Assembly (NCBI GenBank): GCA_032718475.1
Contig: JAUCBJ010006428.1
Span: forward strand, 1-52,449
Direction: 5' to 3'
Source: Nemertoderma westbladi
Taxonomy: Eukaryota; Animalia; Xenacoelomorpha
DNA length: 52,449 nucleotides
Notes under the pieces: model-generated
Told to the model about the DNA's origin: nothing
What the model saw: the letters and a program-made list of their open reading frames with translations, nothing else
Database searches by the model: none
In this document: in pieces, positions 1 to 13,100 of the stretch
Position numbering within the stretch: position 1 is the first letter of the stretch
Layout of the letters: every line of letters starts with the position of its first letter
Program-made: the position numbers and the translations under genes

Positions 1-658
1 TAAATGCCGACTTTCTATAGAGTAACAGAATGATTTAGAGTTGAATTTCTTCAGCTTTGAAATTTGTCCATCATCGCGGATGATTCTTTAACCCGGAGTA
101 AAAAGACATCAACAATAAAGTACACATATTTGAAATAAAATTTGCATGACATCATTTTACGGATGGATAAATAAACGTTGATACAAAATTTAGTGCAGTT
201 AACTATCAGATAACAATATATTGTGCAGTTCCTGCTGTCGGTTAAAATATCTCCCAAGGATAATTTTTACATATATAAGCTATAGATATGGAAGCATATT
301 CATTATTTACTCACAAAAGTAACCAAACTTTTGAAATGTATTTGTGTGTTTATTATTAGTATTAAATTTGTCGACAATTAAGAAAATGATTGAAAAAAAG
401 AAAGTATTGAATATGCAAAATGATAAAGTTACAGGTAATAAATAACCAATGGTACTCAGTAATGGGCCCCCTTTCGTTGCATCACAGATGAGATGCATAA
501 ATTTAGTCTGAAATATATTTAAATATAAAATTAAAATGTGAGAAAACATAAACAAGGATCATTTAATAAGACAGAAGGAACTGGACTATATAAAATTGGT
601 GTAAAGTTGAAAATGAAATTTCTGCGGGTATATATTTACAGAGTGACTTCGGTGGTCT

Positions 659-695
659 TCAAAGGGATGTAAATAATCCAAATGATGACATTATG
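659..695 (-). CDS. Candidate short terminal exon of INPP5E (IMSSFGLFTSL*)
   Basis: Acceptor TTTTTAACAG gives a phase-compatible N-IMSSFGLF, with the I....GxF spacing of the INPP5E last exon. It is short and lacks a CaaX box, so it may be chance. Confidence 0.3.
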
Positions 696-990
696 CTGTT
701 AAAAAGAGGGGTTGTGTGTAAAGAAATTCTGTATTTTAAATTTTTTTATTAACGTTAAAAAAAACATTTATATATAATTGTAACATTATTTTATATTATT
801 TCGTGAATCACTTTATTTAAATAATATTATAGAGCCCCATGACTTAGGGTCAAGGTTACATGGATTTTATTTAGGGGGATGGGGAATTCCGAGCGGGGGG
901 CATTTTCGCCTGTGGCTGTAAGACCGGAACAATATTCATTACTTCAAATCCTAAAAGCTTAAGCTAATGAAATAAATTAAGCAGACTTAC

Positions 991-1127
991 TTTTCCCGAC
1001 CAGGTCTTATTGCACATCGAAATATAGCGTAAACTGGCTTATGATCCGAAGATGTAATTGAATGGCTACACCCATAGGCCAAACAATCCATATCTTTATT
1101 TCTCCGGCTCTTATATAAAACTCGATC
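991..1127 (-). CDS. INPP5E: INPP5E exon 9 ([45 protein letters not shown])
   Basis: Acceptor TTCTAG, donor AA|GTAAGT. DRVLY and SDHKPV motifs. Confidence 0.94.
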
Positions 1128-4100
1128 CTAGAAAACAAATTTACAGAATAAAAAAATATATAACAATATATTTTGATACAGTTTGGGGTAGGGCGGGTTG
1201 ACCTCAGGTGACTAATGAAATGAATAACAACAGTTATTACAAGCTTTCTCCCAACAGGGCATCTTCAGGTAATTATGGAATCAACATATGAAAAAGAGAA
1301 ACTGCACTAATCTAAGACAGTATGTAATATAAGGTCTACTAACTCAGTACTTTATATTACATAGTCCTGTCTTAGTTTTAGTGCAGTTTCTCATTTTCAT
1401 ATGTTGATTCCATAATTACCTGAAGATGCCCTGTTGGGAGAAAGCTTGTAATAACTGTTGTTATTCATTTCATTAGTCACCTGAGGTCAACATGCCCTAC
1501 CCTATAAACTGTATCAATATGATCACCACGGTGACGAGAGCGAGAGAATTCCCTCATTAACAAGATATTTTATATCTCTAAATATAAGTCAGGTCGGGAT
1601 CATGAGAGAATATCGGGATTCTGGGATTATGATGAGTTAATCCCAGGATTATATTCCTTCTCTAAATAACCTAATATATCGGCCCTTAAATAGTAGTAAA
1701 TGATAGATAGATAGATTTATTTATACATTATGTAAAAACAATAACAAATACACCAAACAATGTACCGGTATAAAGGTATTGTCCAACATAACATATAGGA
1801 TTACCCCTAATCCTAAAGCTTTGCAGCTTATTTCCAAGGGGGTCCTTTATATGTTACTTGGTTACAAATACAATATTACACTACGCTAACCTAAAACCAA
1901 TATAAAACGTAATTACACTATGTACATGTACAACTTTACCAAGAGCGTGACAATGCCAGACTCAACGATAAAGATGTAATGTACAGAACAATTTAATATA
2001 AAACATAATTACAGTATAAATAGTAAATAATTAATAAACTACTAAAATGAGTACAGGAGTTTCCTCTGGGGAGTTTAGTTCTGGGGGGGGGGGGACCTCA
2101 CTGCTTTTAATGTTGATACTCTCAACAAATTATAATACAGAGTGGAACAATTACTTGGCCTAACGAGCCTAAAAGATTACCCCACTCATTTAATGTTGAT
2201 ACTGATTTAGGAAATACTCTTTCTTGTACTGGTGTCAGAAACAAATTTATGTGTAATAGTATGCCGGTAACCTTTGATAAAGACATAATAGTTGTGTTAT
2301 GTCCGTTGAGATATTAGCAATGAGATTTTTTCGGTTGCTGAATAACCCGACGTCTTTATTCAGAGGAAGTAAACATATTTTCAAATACAGTCTACAGTAT
2401 ATTCCAGAATTGATGGGTTGATGGGTGTACCGGTACAGTACACTGTACAGGGTGGTCTGTTCCATTGAACATACTGTAGTCTTATTTTCGTACTGAACCG
2501 CACTTCACTGAAATACTAATGGTATGTAATAACTGTATACGCGTAGCTACGCGTAGGTCGAAAGGGTTTACCCTTAACTACGTTACTGATTACAGTAGGC
2601 CTAGTGCAGTAGTGCTATCAGGCTATACTGTATATCTGTATGTGCGTTTGGTAAAGCTGACAGAGTGACAGGTATATAGACATACAGTACCGTAGTCAGG
2701 CAGTACCGGTAGTCTAACTAAACATGCCAAACTCAGGGAAGCGTAAAGGGGAATCTGCGGAGGAGATAGTGGAAGGCTTCAACGAATTGCGACTGGAACA
2801 ACGGAACTTAATAACGAAGATGAATGAGCTCGAGGCGGAGGTAGACGAACACGAACTGGTTATCACGACACTAAAGAAAACGGACAGCGACAGACGATGC
2901 TTCCGAATGATAGGCGGAGTTCTAGTGGAACGCCAAGTTAAGGATATCCTCCCCTCCTTGGAGTCGCACAAGGAAAACATTAAACAACTCATCGTTAGTC
3001 TAAATACGGCGGCGGAAGGGAAGGGTAAGGAAATGCAGGACTACGTAGCCAAACACGATCTAAAGAGGAATTTATCGATGAATGAGGGAACTAGTAAAGA
3101 GGATGATAAACGAGTTAGCAAAGCAGATGGACCCATCAGTCAGAGCGTTTTAGTAGAGAATGTTGAAGAAATGGATTAATAATATTTCTTTTCTTTTGGT
3201 TTTATAGCATATTTACACGTTATTACAGTATTAAACACACATGAGTTGTACCACTTCCGTGATCGGATTTCCCCAACGTACGGAGGTCGAAGGATGCGGA
3301 TATTTGCGCGAGTTAAGGCTACCTTAAAAGTACTGTAAAACTCTGTGTTTGGCCCTCGTTGTAACTCTCTTTGGCAGCTACCGGTCCCATACCAGCAGCT
3401 AATGGTACAATAAATTATTATACTTCATTCAATTTGTTGTTTGTTTTGCTGCTGTGCATAAAATAATTCCTGCCGTTCCCTATTTATTTGTATTTAATGG
3501 TTTAAACTGAAAATGAAGCGAAACCTTATATTGTAATAATAGAAATAAAAATAGTTTCAACTTGATGGAATATAACTTGATTTTATAAGTCAAAAGTAAT
3601 TTGCAACATGTATGTATGCCGTTTTATTCTATAATTATAATGTTGGAGACAGACATGTTAATTATCAATTAAGGGAAACGAGCAGGTTATGGTGGCACGT
3701 TATTGTAACCAAAACAATAAACGAAAGTCAATTGAATTGGTTGCAGTCTTATATTTGGGAGTAATCAGCTGTTATTTGCGTAAATTTCTCCTTAGAGAAG
3801 GACGAATTTTGATTGCGTCCGCTCCACAGTCTCCAAACCACAATGCAAGTAGAAATGCTAGTTTCACATTGACAGCGGTTGGCCTAAGGATAATCAGGGA
3901 ATGGGGGATGAAGAGTCAGTACGGGCTGCTGTTGAGGAATACAAGACTGAACTCAGCATACGTGAGGTGGCTAAAAGTATAATAATATGTACGAAGTTAC
4001 AGGTTTCAAAGGTTGCGTGTGATAGAACACCAAGGCCTTCGCGCAGCACGAGGCTAAGATCAGAGACCAGGGTATGGGAACCACACTATTGTACTTGGAG

Positions 4101-7100
4101 TTAAGTACTGCCCAGAACATTATCGAATATATAATGTTAGATTGCATCCCCTCATGTATGTATCTTTAAATAAATAGCAGTTGCGGGGAGGGAGGTTGGG
4201 TACACGCCGCCTCCGCTTTGCAGGACATTGTTTTCGCCGCGAGGAACTAACAGTCAGTGCACAATATTGTGCTTTGTCAGTCCCATGGAGTAAATAAATA
4301 ATGTGGGGACAGCCCATGACTTTCGTGAGACGCATCTTAAAGGACACTGGCCTTGAATATGTGGATAATCTCGCGAAAATCATGGGTGGTAGGGAGTTGT
4401 GGCGGCGCAATTTTGTCGATAATCCGGCCTAGCATTCTTAATGCACACTGCATTGGCAAAGATATTTTTGTTAAGCCAGCGGCCGATTATAGTAGTTTAT
4501 CAAATTTTCATTCAACCGATTCACCACAGAGTAGTTTCTATCCGCCTCAATCACCGAAATCCGGCAGTATCCTTCGGTTGTTGCGTGAATTATAACAGAG
4601 GCGTCAGATTAGGCAGTTAGGTAGGACTACTACTACTGAGCTGCGATATTCCACACTTGAAACTATGTTTTTTATTTACCACACTTGTTTTTGTTTTACC
4701 CCATTTTGGGGTTAAAAAAACATCACCTTTTTGACCATAATTTCTTTAAATATACGTTCTGGGTGATATTGTTTGATGGTCATTCAATTACACTTTTGAT
4801 TAGCTTTCAGACAATACGAAATTTATTTAAATCCATGGAATATTAACAATTTTATCGACAAAAAAAGGAAAATTGTTTTTTTTACCCCTAATGACTATAT
4901 AGAAATTTTAGCTTAATTAAAAAATCAATATTTGATTTTGAAAACATCGTTAATTCGGTTTTTTAAGTTAATTAATGAGTAATTCCAATTCATTCAAAAG
5001 CAAACAGTGGGCCAGAGGCGACCGGTTCTGTATATTATTTCGAAATTTCCTCATGAAGTACCAAAAGGACCGTAACTTCATGAATTGTACTTGAATTTTG
5101 GGTCTATATATTTAAAAATAACACCAATTACTCGAAACCTACCGTGTAAGAAGGAGTTCTCTGTTTATAAGACGTATCATAGGTGTTGGAATCAACATCG
5201 AACTTATAACTAGGGTTGAAAGTTATCGGTGCTTCTTGAAAACCTCGCAGATGTTTAGACGTTCCTGAACAATTACAATGAACATAACAACTATAATATG
5301 TAAGATTATCATTAACAATTATATATAAACAATCCATAATATTAAATTAACGATATTTAAAATTACAAGCCCCAACCCTAAACACACTAAAGTGACTGGC
5401 CTACATTATACTAATTGCATTTATACGGTACTACAGGCAAGTTAGTAAAGGTATACGTTACATTGGCGTGTTGGGGCTTGGGGGAACCAAAACAATAAAA
5501 TAAGTTACATGTTTTACAAGATTACACAAATGTCTTGGAATTATAGTGTCTTATCTTGGTACGAGGTACCCCCTGAATAACGACACTCATCTGGTTCTGA
5601 TCTAGCACATCACCTTTGATTAGAGTTTATCTCAATTAGTACTGAGGAACTCAGCGACGAGCTATTCGTACATTGAATAGCTAAGTAACTAGTATAATTA
5701 CAGAGATAATACATTGTTGCCCAGCTACGTATGAGATAAACGAATGTTTCAGATGGTGTATGAAATAGCTTTCGAACGTTCATTTCTCATCTATTTTTTA
5801 ACGAATTTCAGATTGTGTTACATATTTGGAATCCTTGCATGACCAGCATTCCATCAGAACAAACAATTCACAATAAAGAATAGAAAATTTGGAAATAACT
5901 TCGGTGTAACTGGTGCAATATCGGCGAAGACACTTTTTCAAAAGATTAGCTAAAGAATGAAAGCGAAAATAAAAATTCTGGCTCATCGACGAAGGAGGAG
6001 GGAGGTGAAATAATTTATGTTTCAAATTTCATGCAATCTTAATAAGATTTGTAGACCTTGTTTGGTGGGGGAGGGGGGGGGGGGGGCATATACCTGAATA
6101 AAGACACTATAGTGTATGACATGGTGTATTCAGGTTGCTAGGTGGTTAAGATGGTATTTAGATGGTGTTGCCCTTGGGAGGGGATTCTACCACAAGTGAT
6201 GGAGTTCTGCAAAGGATCTATTTTGCCACGCCGGCCAAGTGACATGGTACTATTCGGAGGTGGGGGATCGGGATAGTACAAAAATGATCCGGAGGTTCTC
6301 GAAGGGAGGGGGTGTACAATACTAAATATATGTACTGGAGACATGAAAACAATCAGTGATAAATTGAAATTGATAGTGTTTCATGCGGTTGTGCAGCTGA
6401 TCTGTATTTACTCACCGTGTTTCATACAGTTGTGCAGCTGGTTTTTATTTACTCACCGTGTTTCATACAGTTGTGCAGCTGGTCTGTATTTACTCACCGT
6501 GTTTCATACAGTTGTGCAGCTGGTCTGTATTTACTCACCGTGTTTCATACAGTTGTGCAGCTGGTCTGTATTTACTCACCGTGTTTTATACAGTTGTGCA
6601 GCTGGTTTTTATTTACTCACCGTGTTTCATACAGTTGTGCAGCTGATCTGTATTTACTCACCGTGTTTCATACAGTTGTGCAGCTGGTCTTTCTCCAGAA
6701 CTCGGCTCACGAACTCGGACCCGGTACAGTCGGACAGTATCGAATCGACTTCCTGTCGATCCAACTCTATCCGGAAGTTGAGATCGCCCATAAGGAACAC
6801 GTAGTCGAACTTGGAAGTGACATCGGCTAAATATACAAGATATTAAGTAGGAGGTACAAAAATATCACGTGGCGTACTGACGACAATTCATTTAGCTCCG
6901 TACGTGCACAGTCGTGAGTCTTGTCGTGTTCACTGCCATCATTCAATCTGCGACACGAAACCTATCGGGCATATCTTACAGAATCATACAAAATGTGGGA
7001 GATTTGAAATGGAGATTTGGATGAAGACAGTAGTTCAAGGAAATTAATTTACAAAGAAACGTAGTTTTCAATTAGTATTACTTCGGGGATGGAAAATTCC

Positions 7101-10100
7101 AATCCGAGCGCACATTTAATAATAATTGCGCCACAAGTCCCGGGGTGTCGACACTATTAAAACATGTGTGGATGGCATTTAGTAAAATATATAAAGTCTA
7201 ACAAAAAAGGTGTCAAAAATGGTGTTTGAAAGGGGAAAATGTATGATTTACTTACACTTGACTGCGAGATACTCATTTGTGTTGGGTAACTGTCTCGGTA
7301 GTTCCATATATTTGCATATCCGTTTAATATCGACGAGTCTCTGGGGGTTCCGTTCAACGTTCGACTTGCAGTGGCTGTTGATAAAGAGGAGAGAAGTTCC
7401 GAAGAAATGGAAACATACCCCGATCGCGCCTTTGGTTTTATACATCGTTCCCGCACGGGTAGTCACAGCGGACTGCTCCACAACTAAAATATTAATAGTA
7501 TAACTGTTCTAAAACTAGCTGGAGAACTTGGGGATAATATAACGAGAGGTTGTCTAGCCTTTTACTTAATATTTTTCTTAACATTTATTTCATCATGATA
7601 ATCTGTGTAATCATTATAACGTATATTTATTAAATTATAAATATGAAAAACAATTGGTGAGCGGGGGAGGGATATAAATTGCATTGCAATATCCAAATTG
7701 GTAACAGGCAGCAGGCGTACCTACCAGCTGCCACGCTACCAACCAAAAAGACGGTACTTTATATCCCGGTATTAAAATGCATTTCTATAGGACACTTTAT
7801 CTCCAGAGGGAGTAAAATATCAATCTTGATTTTGCAACTCCCGGCTATAATTCGAATAGTAAGGCAATGTTGCGCCTGTGCTCTGATAGAAGTGGTTAGT
7901 TGTTCCTGTAAACCATGTGAGGGAGGTGCTACTTGTTCTTAACCTTAAGCATATTAAACCACTATTAGGGGCCGTTGTGAATAGGAACAACATCTCACCT
8001 ATTGGGATTCTAGTTTGATTATTGAAACCCAAAACATTAAAACCCACCATTATTTAAAGATTAATTAAAGAAAATCGTTAGAATAAATGTTATACAGCAC
8101 ACAATTTACATATTCATCATAATACGAGAATAGATATAACTTATGATTGTATTGAATACAATACAACATTATTATTATGATATGATATGAGAACATAGAA
8201 TTGTAAACAATAAAATATCAATATAATATAATAAACAAAAGTTTGTTTGGGTTTGATAAACAGTAATCTCCATTAACATCATAAGACGCACCAAACATGG
8301 CCTATTATTTCAATAACAGTTCATTACATAACAATAAACTATAATAATACCGGTAAATAAATAAAATACATTAATATAAAACAAATCCAACCTAACTTGT
8401 TCTACCCTAAACGTAATGTTGTCTGATTCTTTTTCCCTAACTGTGGGCCCTTACCCACGGCGCAATCTAAAGACGCCTTGAGGGATCGTTTATCGAATGT
8501 CTTCTCGCCGGCCATCCTTTCCCGTAGATCCTGTGACGCCTTGGCGAGGGCCCGCAACTCATCCTGGGCAACGGAACGCTGCATCTGTAACGAGGTGTTC
8601 CGCCGATCCTTGTTCTTTATCGTCTCCTCATGCAACATAGTCTTCAACTGGTTATCCTCACGAACTCTCTCGTAATTCTTGCTATGTCGGTATTCCTCCC
8701 CGAAGCGTTTCTGCGCGGTGCGCAACGCGCGTTGCGCCAATAAATCCTCGCTGGCGCGGGTCGCGCGACTCGTCTCGTGGAACCGACGGTCTCGTATCGC
8801 CTGTCGCCATCGATCTTGGTCGCGTTCACGCCCTCGTCTCGCTTCCGCGTTCCGATACGCTTGATCCGCCTTTATAAGAACCCGATCTCGCCGCTGCTGT
8901 TCTACTCGCAGCTGATTGGCTAGCATTAAATCGCGCGCGCGTTCCTCCCGTTCCCCTGCTTCACGTCGCATCTCCAACGCCCTTTGTTCCTTCTCACGTT
9001 CCACCGTTCGCCACCTCCGCATATGCTCCGCAATGCGTTCCTCGTTCTCCACCCGCCGTTTCGCGTTCTCCAACCAGACCCGCTCCTCCCTGTCCTTCGC
9101 TCCGCGTCGCAACTCATCCTTGGAACTCTCTCCCAGTAACTTCCGGTACGATTTCTCCTCAGCCGACATCACCCGCCTACTCTGCAGCGCTCTTTTCTCT
9201 CGATCGTAATCGTCGATGTGTCGCCTCTCCATCCGGTAGTAATAATCCTTGTCTTTCGCTCTCCTATCTGCTGAACTGACGTCGTAGTCATAATGTCGAT
9301 CTAGAGACCGTGAATCACCATGGTCACCGCGGCGGTCATATTTACCCGCGTGAACGATATTATCATCACGATATCTGGTATTGTCATCATGATGTCTGGT
9401 ATTGTCATCACGATATCTGGTATTGTCCTCACGATATCTGGCATTGTCATCACGATATCTGATACTGTCATCACGATATCTGGCATTGTCATCATGATAT
9501 CTGGTATTGTCATGGTATCTGATATTCTCATCAGGATAACTGGTATTGTCATCACGATATCTGGTGTTGTCATCACGATATCTGGTATTATCATCATTAT
9601 TTGCGATATTATTATCATCACGATATCTGGTATTGTCATCACGATATCTGATACTGTCATCACGATATCTGGCATTGTCATCATGATATCTGGTATTGTC
9701 ATGGTATCTGATATTCTCATCAGGATAACTGGTATTGTCATCACGATATCTGGTGTTGTCATCACGATATCTGGTATTATCATCATTATTTGCGATATTA
9801 TTATCATCACGATATCTGGTATTGTCATGGTATCTGGTATTCTCATCGCGATAACTGGTATTCTCATCACGATATCCCTCCTTCCCTCCCCGATATCCCA
9901 CATTAGATTCCCATATCTCATCTACAGAGCGCGGGATATCGCCAGCACTACTTGACCGCCTCAACCCGCCCCCACGACGGTTCCCCTCAACCTCACCTGA
10001 CCAATCAACACTCTTTCCCAATCCCCGCCCTCGCACCACCGGGACCTCCCCATTACTGTCGCTCTCGTACCGCCGCCACGCCGGCTTCCTCCTATTGGAT

Positions 10101-13100
10101 GTCTCCTTGACAACCTCCCATGCATCTTCCCTCCGTTCTACAGGAGTCTCACTAAACTCCTTCCTACTCTTCCCGCCTCTATGGGACCCCGATTTATTAC
10201 CGTGACGAAAATGAGAGGGCGATGTATCTATGACGACGTTATGGGACCGAGAAGGAGTCCCCTTAGCATCTACTTTGCGCATTATATTAGACGGTGTTAG
10301 TCCCCTAGTAGACTCATCGTACACGGACACGCCGTACTTTAGGAAATGCTTCCGATCTTCCTCTAACACCAGGTCCCTTTGTTCCCGACATCTACGTAAC
10401 TTCCTCAACCTCTCCCTTTCGCATTCCTCGTATATAGCGATGATAACACCTCGTGGTTTTCGTAACGGTTTCAGTTCATCCGCAAACTCGCTGTATGGCT
10501 TGTGAAGCAACTCTAGCGGCCGAACCCCGACCCGGGAGCAAGCCTCCAACGAACGGGGACTCGTGAGAACGAACCGACTGTTCTCCGTCCAGGATTCCTC
10601 GAAGTTATACAGATCCAGTTTAGGTATTGGATGCGGCCCGCCTTTATTGCCGTGGTCCACTTTACTCTTGACTGTGGATATATTGCGACGAGTTTTACCC
10701 CGGGAGTCGTTAAACATTTTATTCAATTCGTAATCGTCTACACTACCTGAGGTCACCGTGGCGAACATTGTATCAAACCGCGCGGATGGATTTATAAAAA
10801 GAGAAAACAAATTGGATTAACCTCTGAAATATAGACAAAATACTAAAAACCAAAACGAAAATGAAAGAGAAAATTGTACAATGTATGTTTTTCAGGATTA
10901 AACGTTGGCGAGCTCAACACACTATGTATTGTTGTTGTTTGTAGGTTGTCCTAGTAACCCTGCTATGATTGGTCAATGCTGGTGGAGGAGAGTTGGCAAT
11001 GATTGGCCCGATGAACAGTAGAGGCGGTTATTCTTAAAATGCATTCACAAGCCTTTCTTTCTATATAGGCAATGCGGCATTCTCTGCTGTAGCTGTAGAT
11101 AGGTAGGGATCTATTGGTGCCCAGGATGTGCGTCTTATTTCAGTGGAAGATTATTGTGCTTTATTATACTTAAATCGCCACCCACCCTAAATTATTGAAT
11201 TAGGTCCCAACGTAGTGGTTAAATTCGTTGCATTGAATTCGTAACTCTCAGGAGGTCGTTTCCGCCGTCACTTTTAACGGTTTTTACGTTCACTTTTAAC
11301 AAAACCTACTATGTCTACTACTACTACTACTACTGCCTGTTGGTTTTTCTGTCCGTCCAGCGATCTGTCTGTCAAAGTAATAGGAATAGGAACATACCAA
11401 CTACATAAAAAAAAATGGATATGGGGGTTTTCGTGGTTGGTGATTCTATTTCCGATGTCAGATTTCATGTTTGGCGCCATCCACATTGTCTGTTTTTTCC
11501 GTTCAGCTGTCGGTTAAATTTTGACGGACAAACAGACAGCAATTTAATAAGACATGGCGCTGTCAAATGAGAAAACTGACTTTAGAAATGAAATCATCGA
11601 CCCGGAAACCCCTTGCAATTGTTAGCTGGGTTATGTTTGCATAACATTTGAATGCAGAAACTTTAAATTACACCAAACCATAAACTTTAAATGCGTTTTC
11701 CGAAAAATAATATTAAATTTCAAAATGCAATGTCTTTTCCAAAAATGAAAAAATTTGTGAGAGATTTAGCATGAATGATGACTGGTTGATGCTTAACCCC
11801 CTTATGACTACTTTTTCAAATTTTTTGTTGTAGCTAAAAATTTAACAAAATGTGTCAATTTCTGGTCAAAAATGTGGCAAAAACTATGTTTTTTTAAATA
11901 ATTTTTAAACATGAGCATTTATCACAATTCTGCTCATAGGGTCATTTTATGATGCCATTGTGCACAAATGGTGAAATTTTGGGCACTTGATGACCAACCA
12001 TCTAGAAGCGTTTGCTATAAGAAGACCGTCCATAAACAAACGTAATGTAGTTGGGTCCCTACCCATTGTACAGCTTACAGTCCGAGAGAGAGAAATCTCA
12101 GCGCCTAAAAGTTATTATTAACCTATAAAACATTTGAACGGCCCAGTGCTTGAAATTCAATCAGCTGGCCTCCCACCTAACATAGCCGTGAGCAACCTTA
12201 TAGATGTTCCTATAGGATGCACTGGGAAAAGTATTCAGCTGGCGGACTTGTCTGGGATAGAGTGAGAGAGTAATAAGCTTGGCAAGTAATATACTTACTT
12301 CTCTGCAGTCTGGGCCTATCCATTCAATCAATAGTAGTAGCTTAATAGGCCCACATGAGCACCAGTAGCTGGTGTTTCTATCATTGAGTCTATGCCAAAT
12401 TTCGTGTTATGGGCTATTTTTCGATATACCGATACCGATACCGATTATATTCGGAAAAAAAGACACTTTAATAAATTATTTCGAAACTTTATTTTCACAT
12501 CCTGGGGTTGAGCTGCGTCGATTGATATAACTTTCATTGACGGACGAGCTATAGTTTCGGAGGAGTTCACCCGATATACATATATACATAGATAGATAGT
12601 AAATACTTTTAAGGTATGAAATCCTAACGGTCATCTAATTATGATAATTAGGAAAAAAATTAAAAATTTCCAAAATTTTTTTAAAATTTTTTTTATCCAT
12701 CTATTGTACATACTACATGTGTACCAAATGTCAATAAATTGGCATTGGGGTAAGTGTAGTATAATGCCATAGCCGATGGCCTACTAACTACTTTAGTTGG
12801 ACTAGGTCATGGTGGTACCTTTTATGTAAGTTAACTACGGTGTTTTCTAAATACTCACTGGAACAGAACCAAATAAGATCCCTTCGTATGAACAACGATA
12901 GATAAAGAACTCCATGTAATCCTGAGTGGAGTAGAACATGGGAAGAACCTAGTGTTTCCTGCATTCGAACCTCCCATTCCCTCCTGTAAATTAGTTGAAT
13001 GCGATTAACATTTTATACATTTATTATAGGAAGAAATAACTTATCTTTTATTGGCGCAATTGTGGGTATAATCCCATCACATGCGTACTTTTTAACCGGG

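Noticed and set aside
6343-6830. Overlapping plus-strand ORFs
   Set aside because: They are antisense readings of INPP5E exon 7 and the 41-bp repeat.
9301-9955. Ile/Met-rich 206-aa and 211-aa ORFs
   Set aside because: They are alternate-frame and antisense shadows of the CCDC177 coding repeat.
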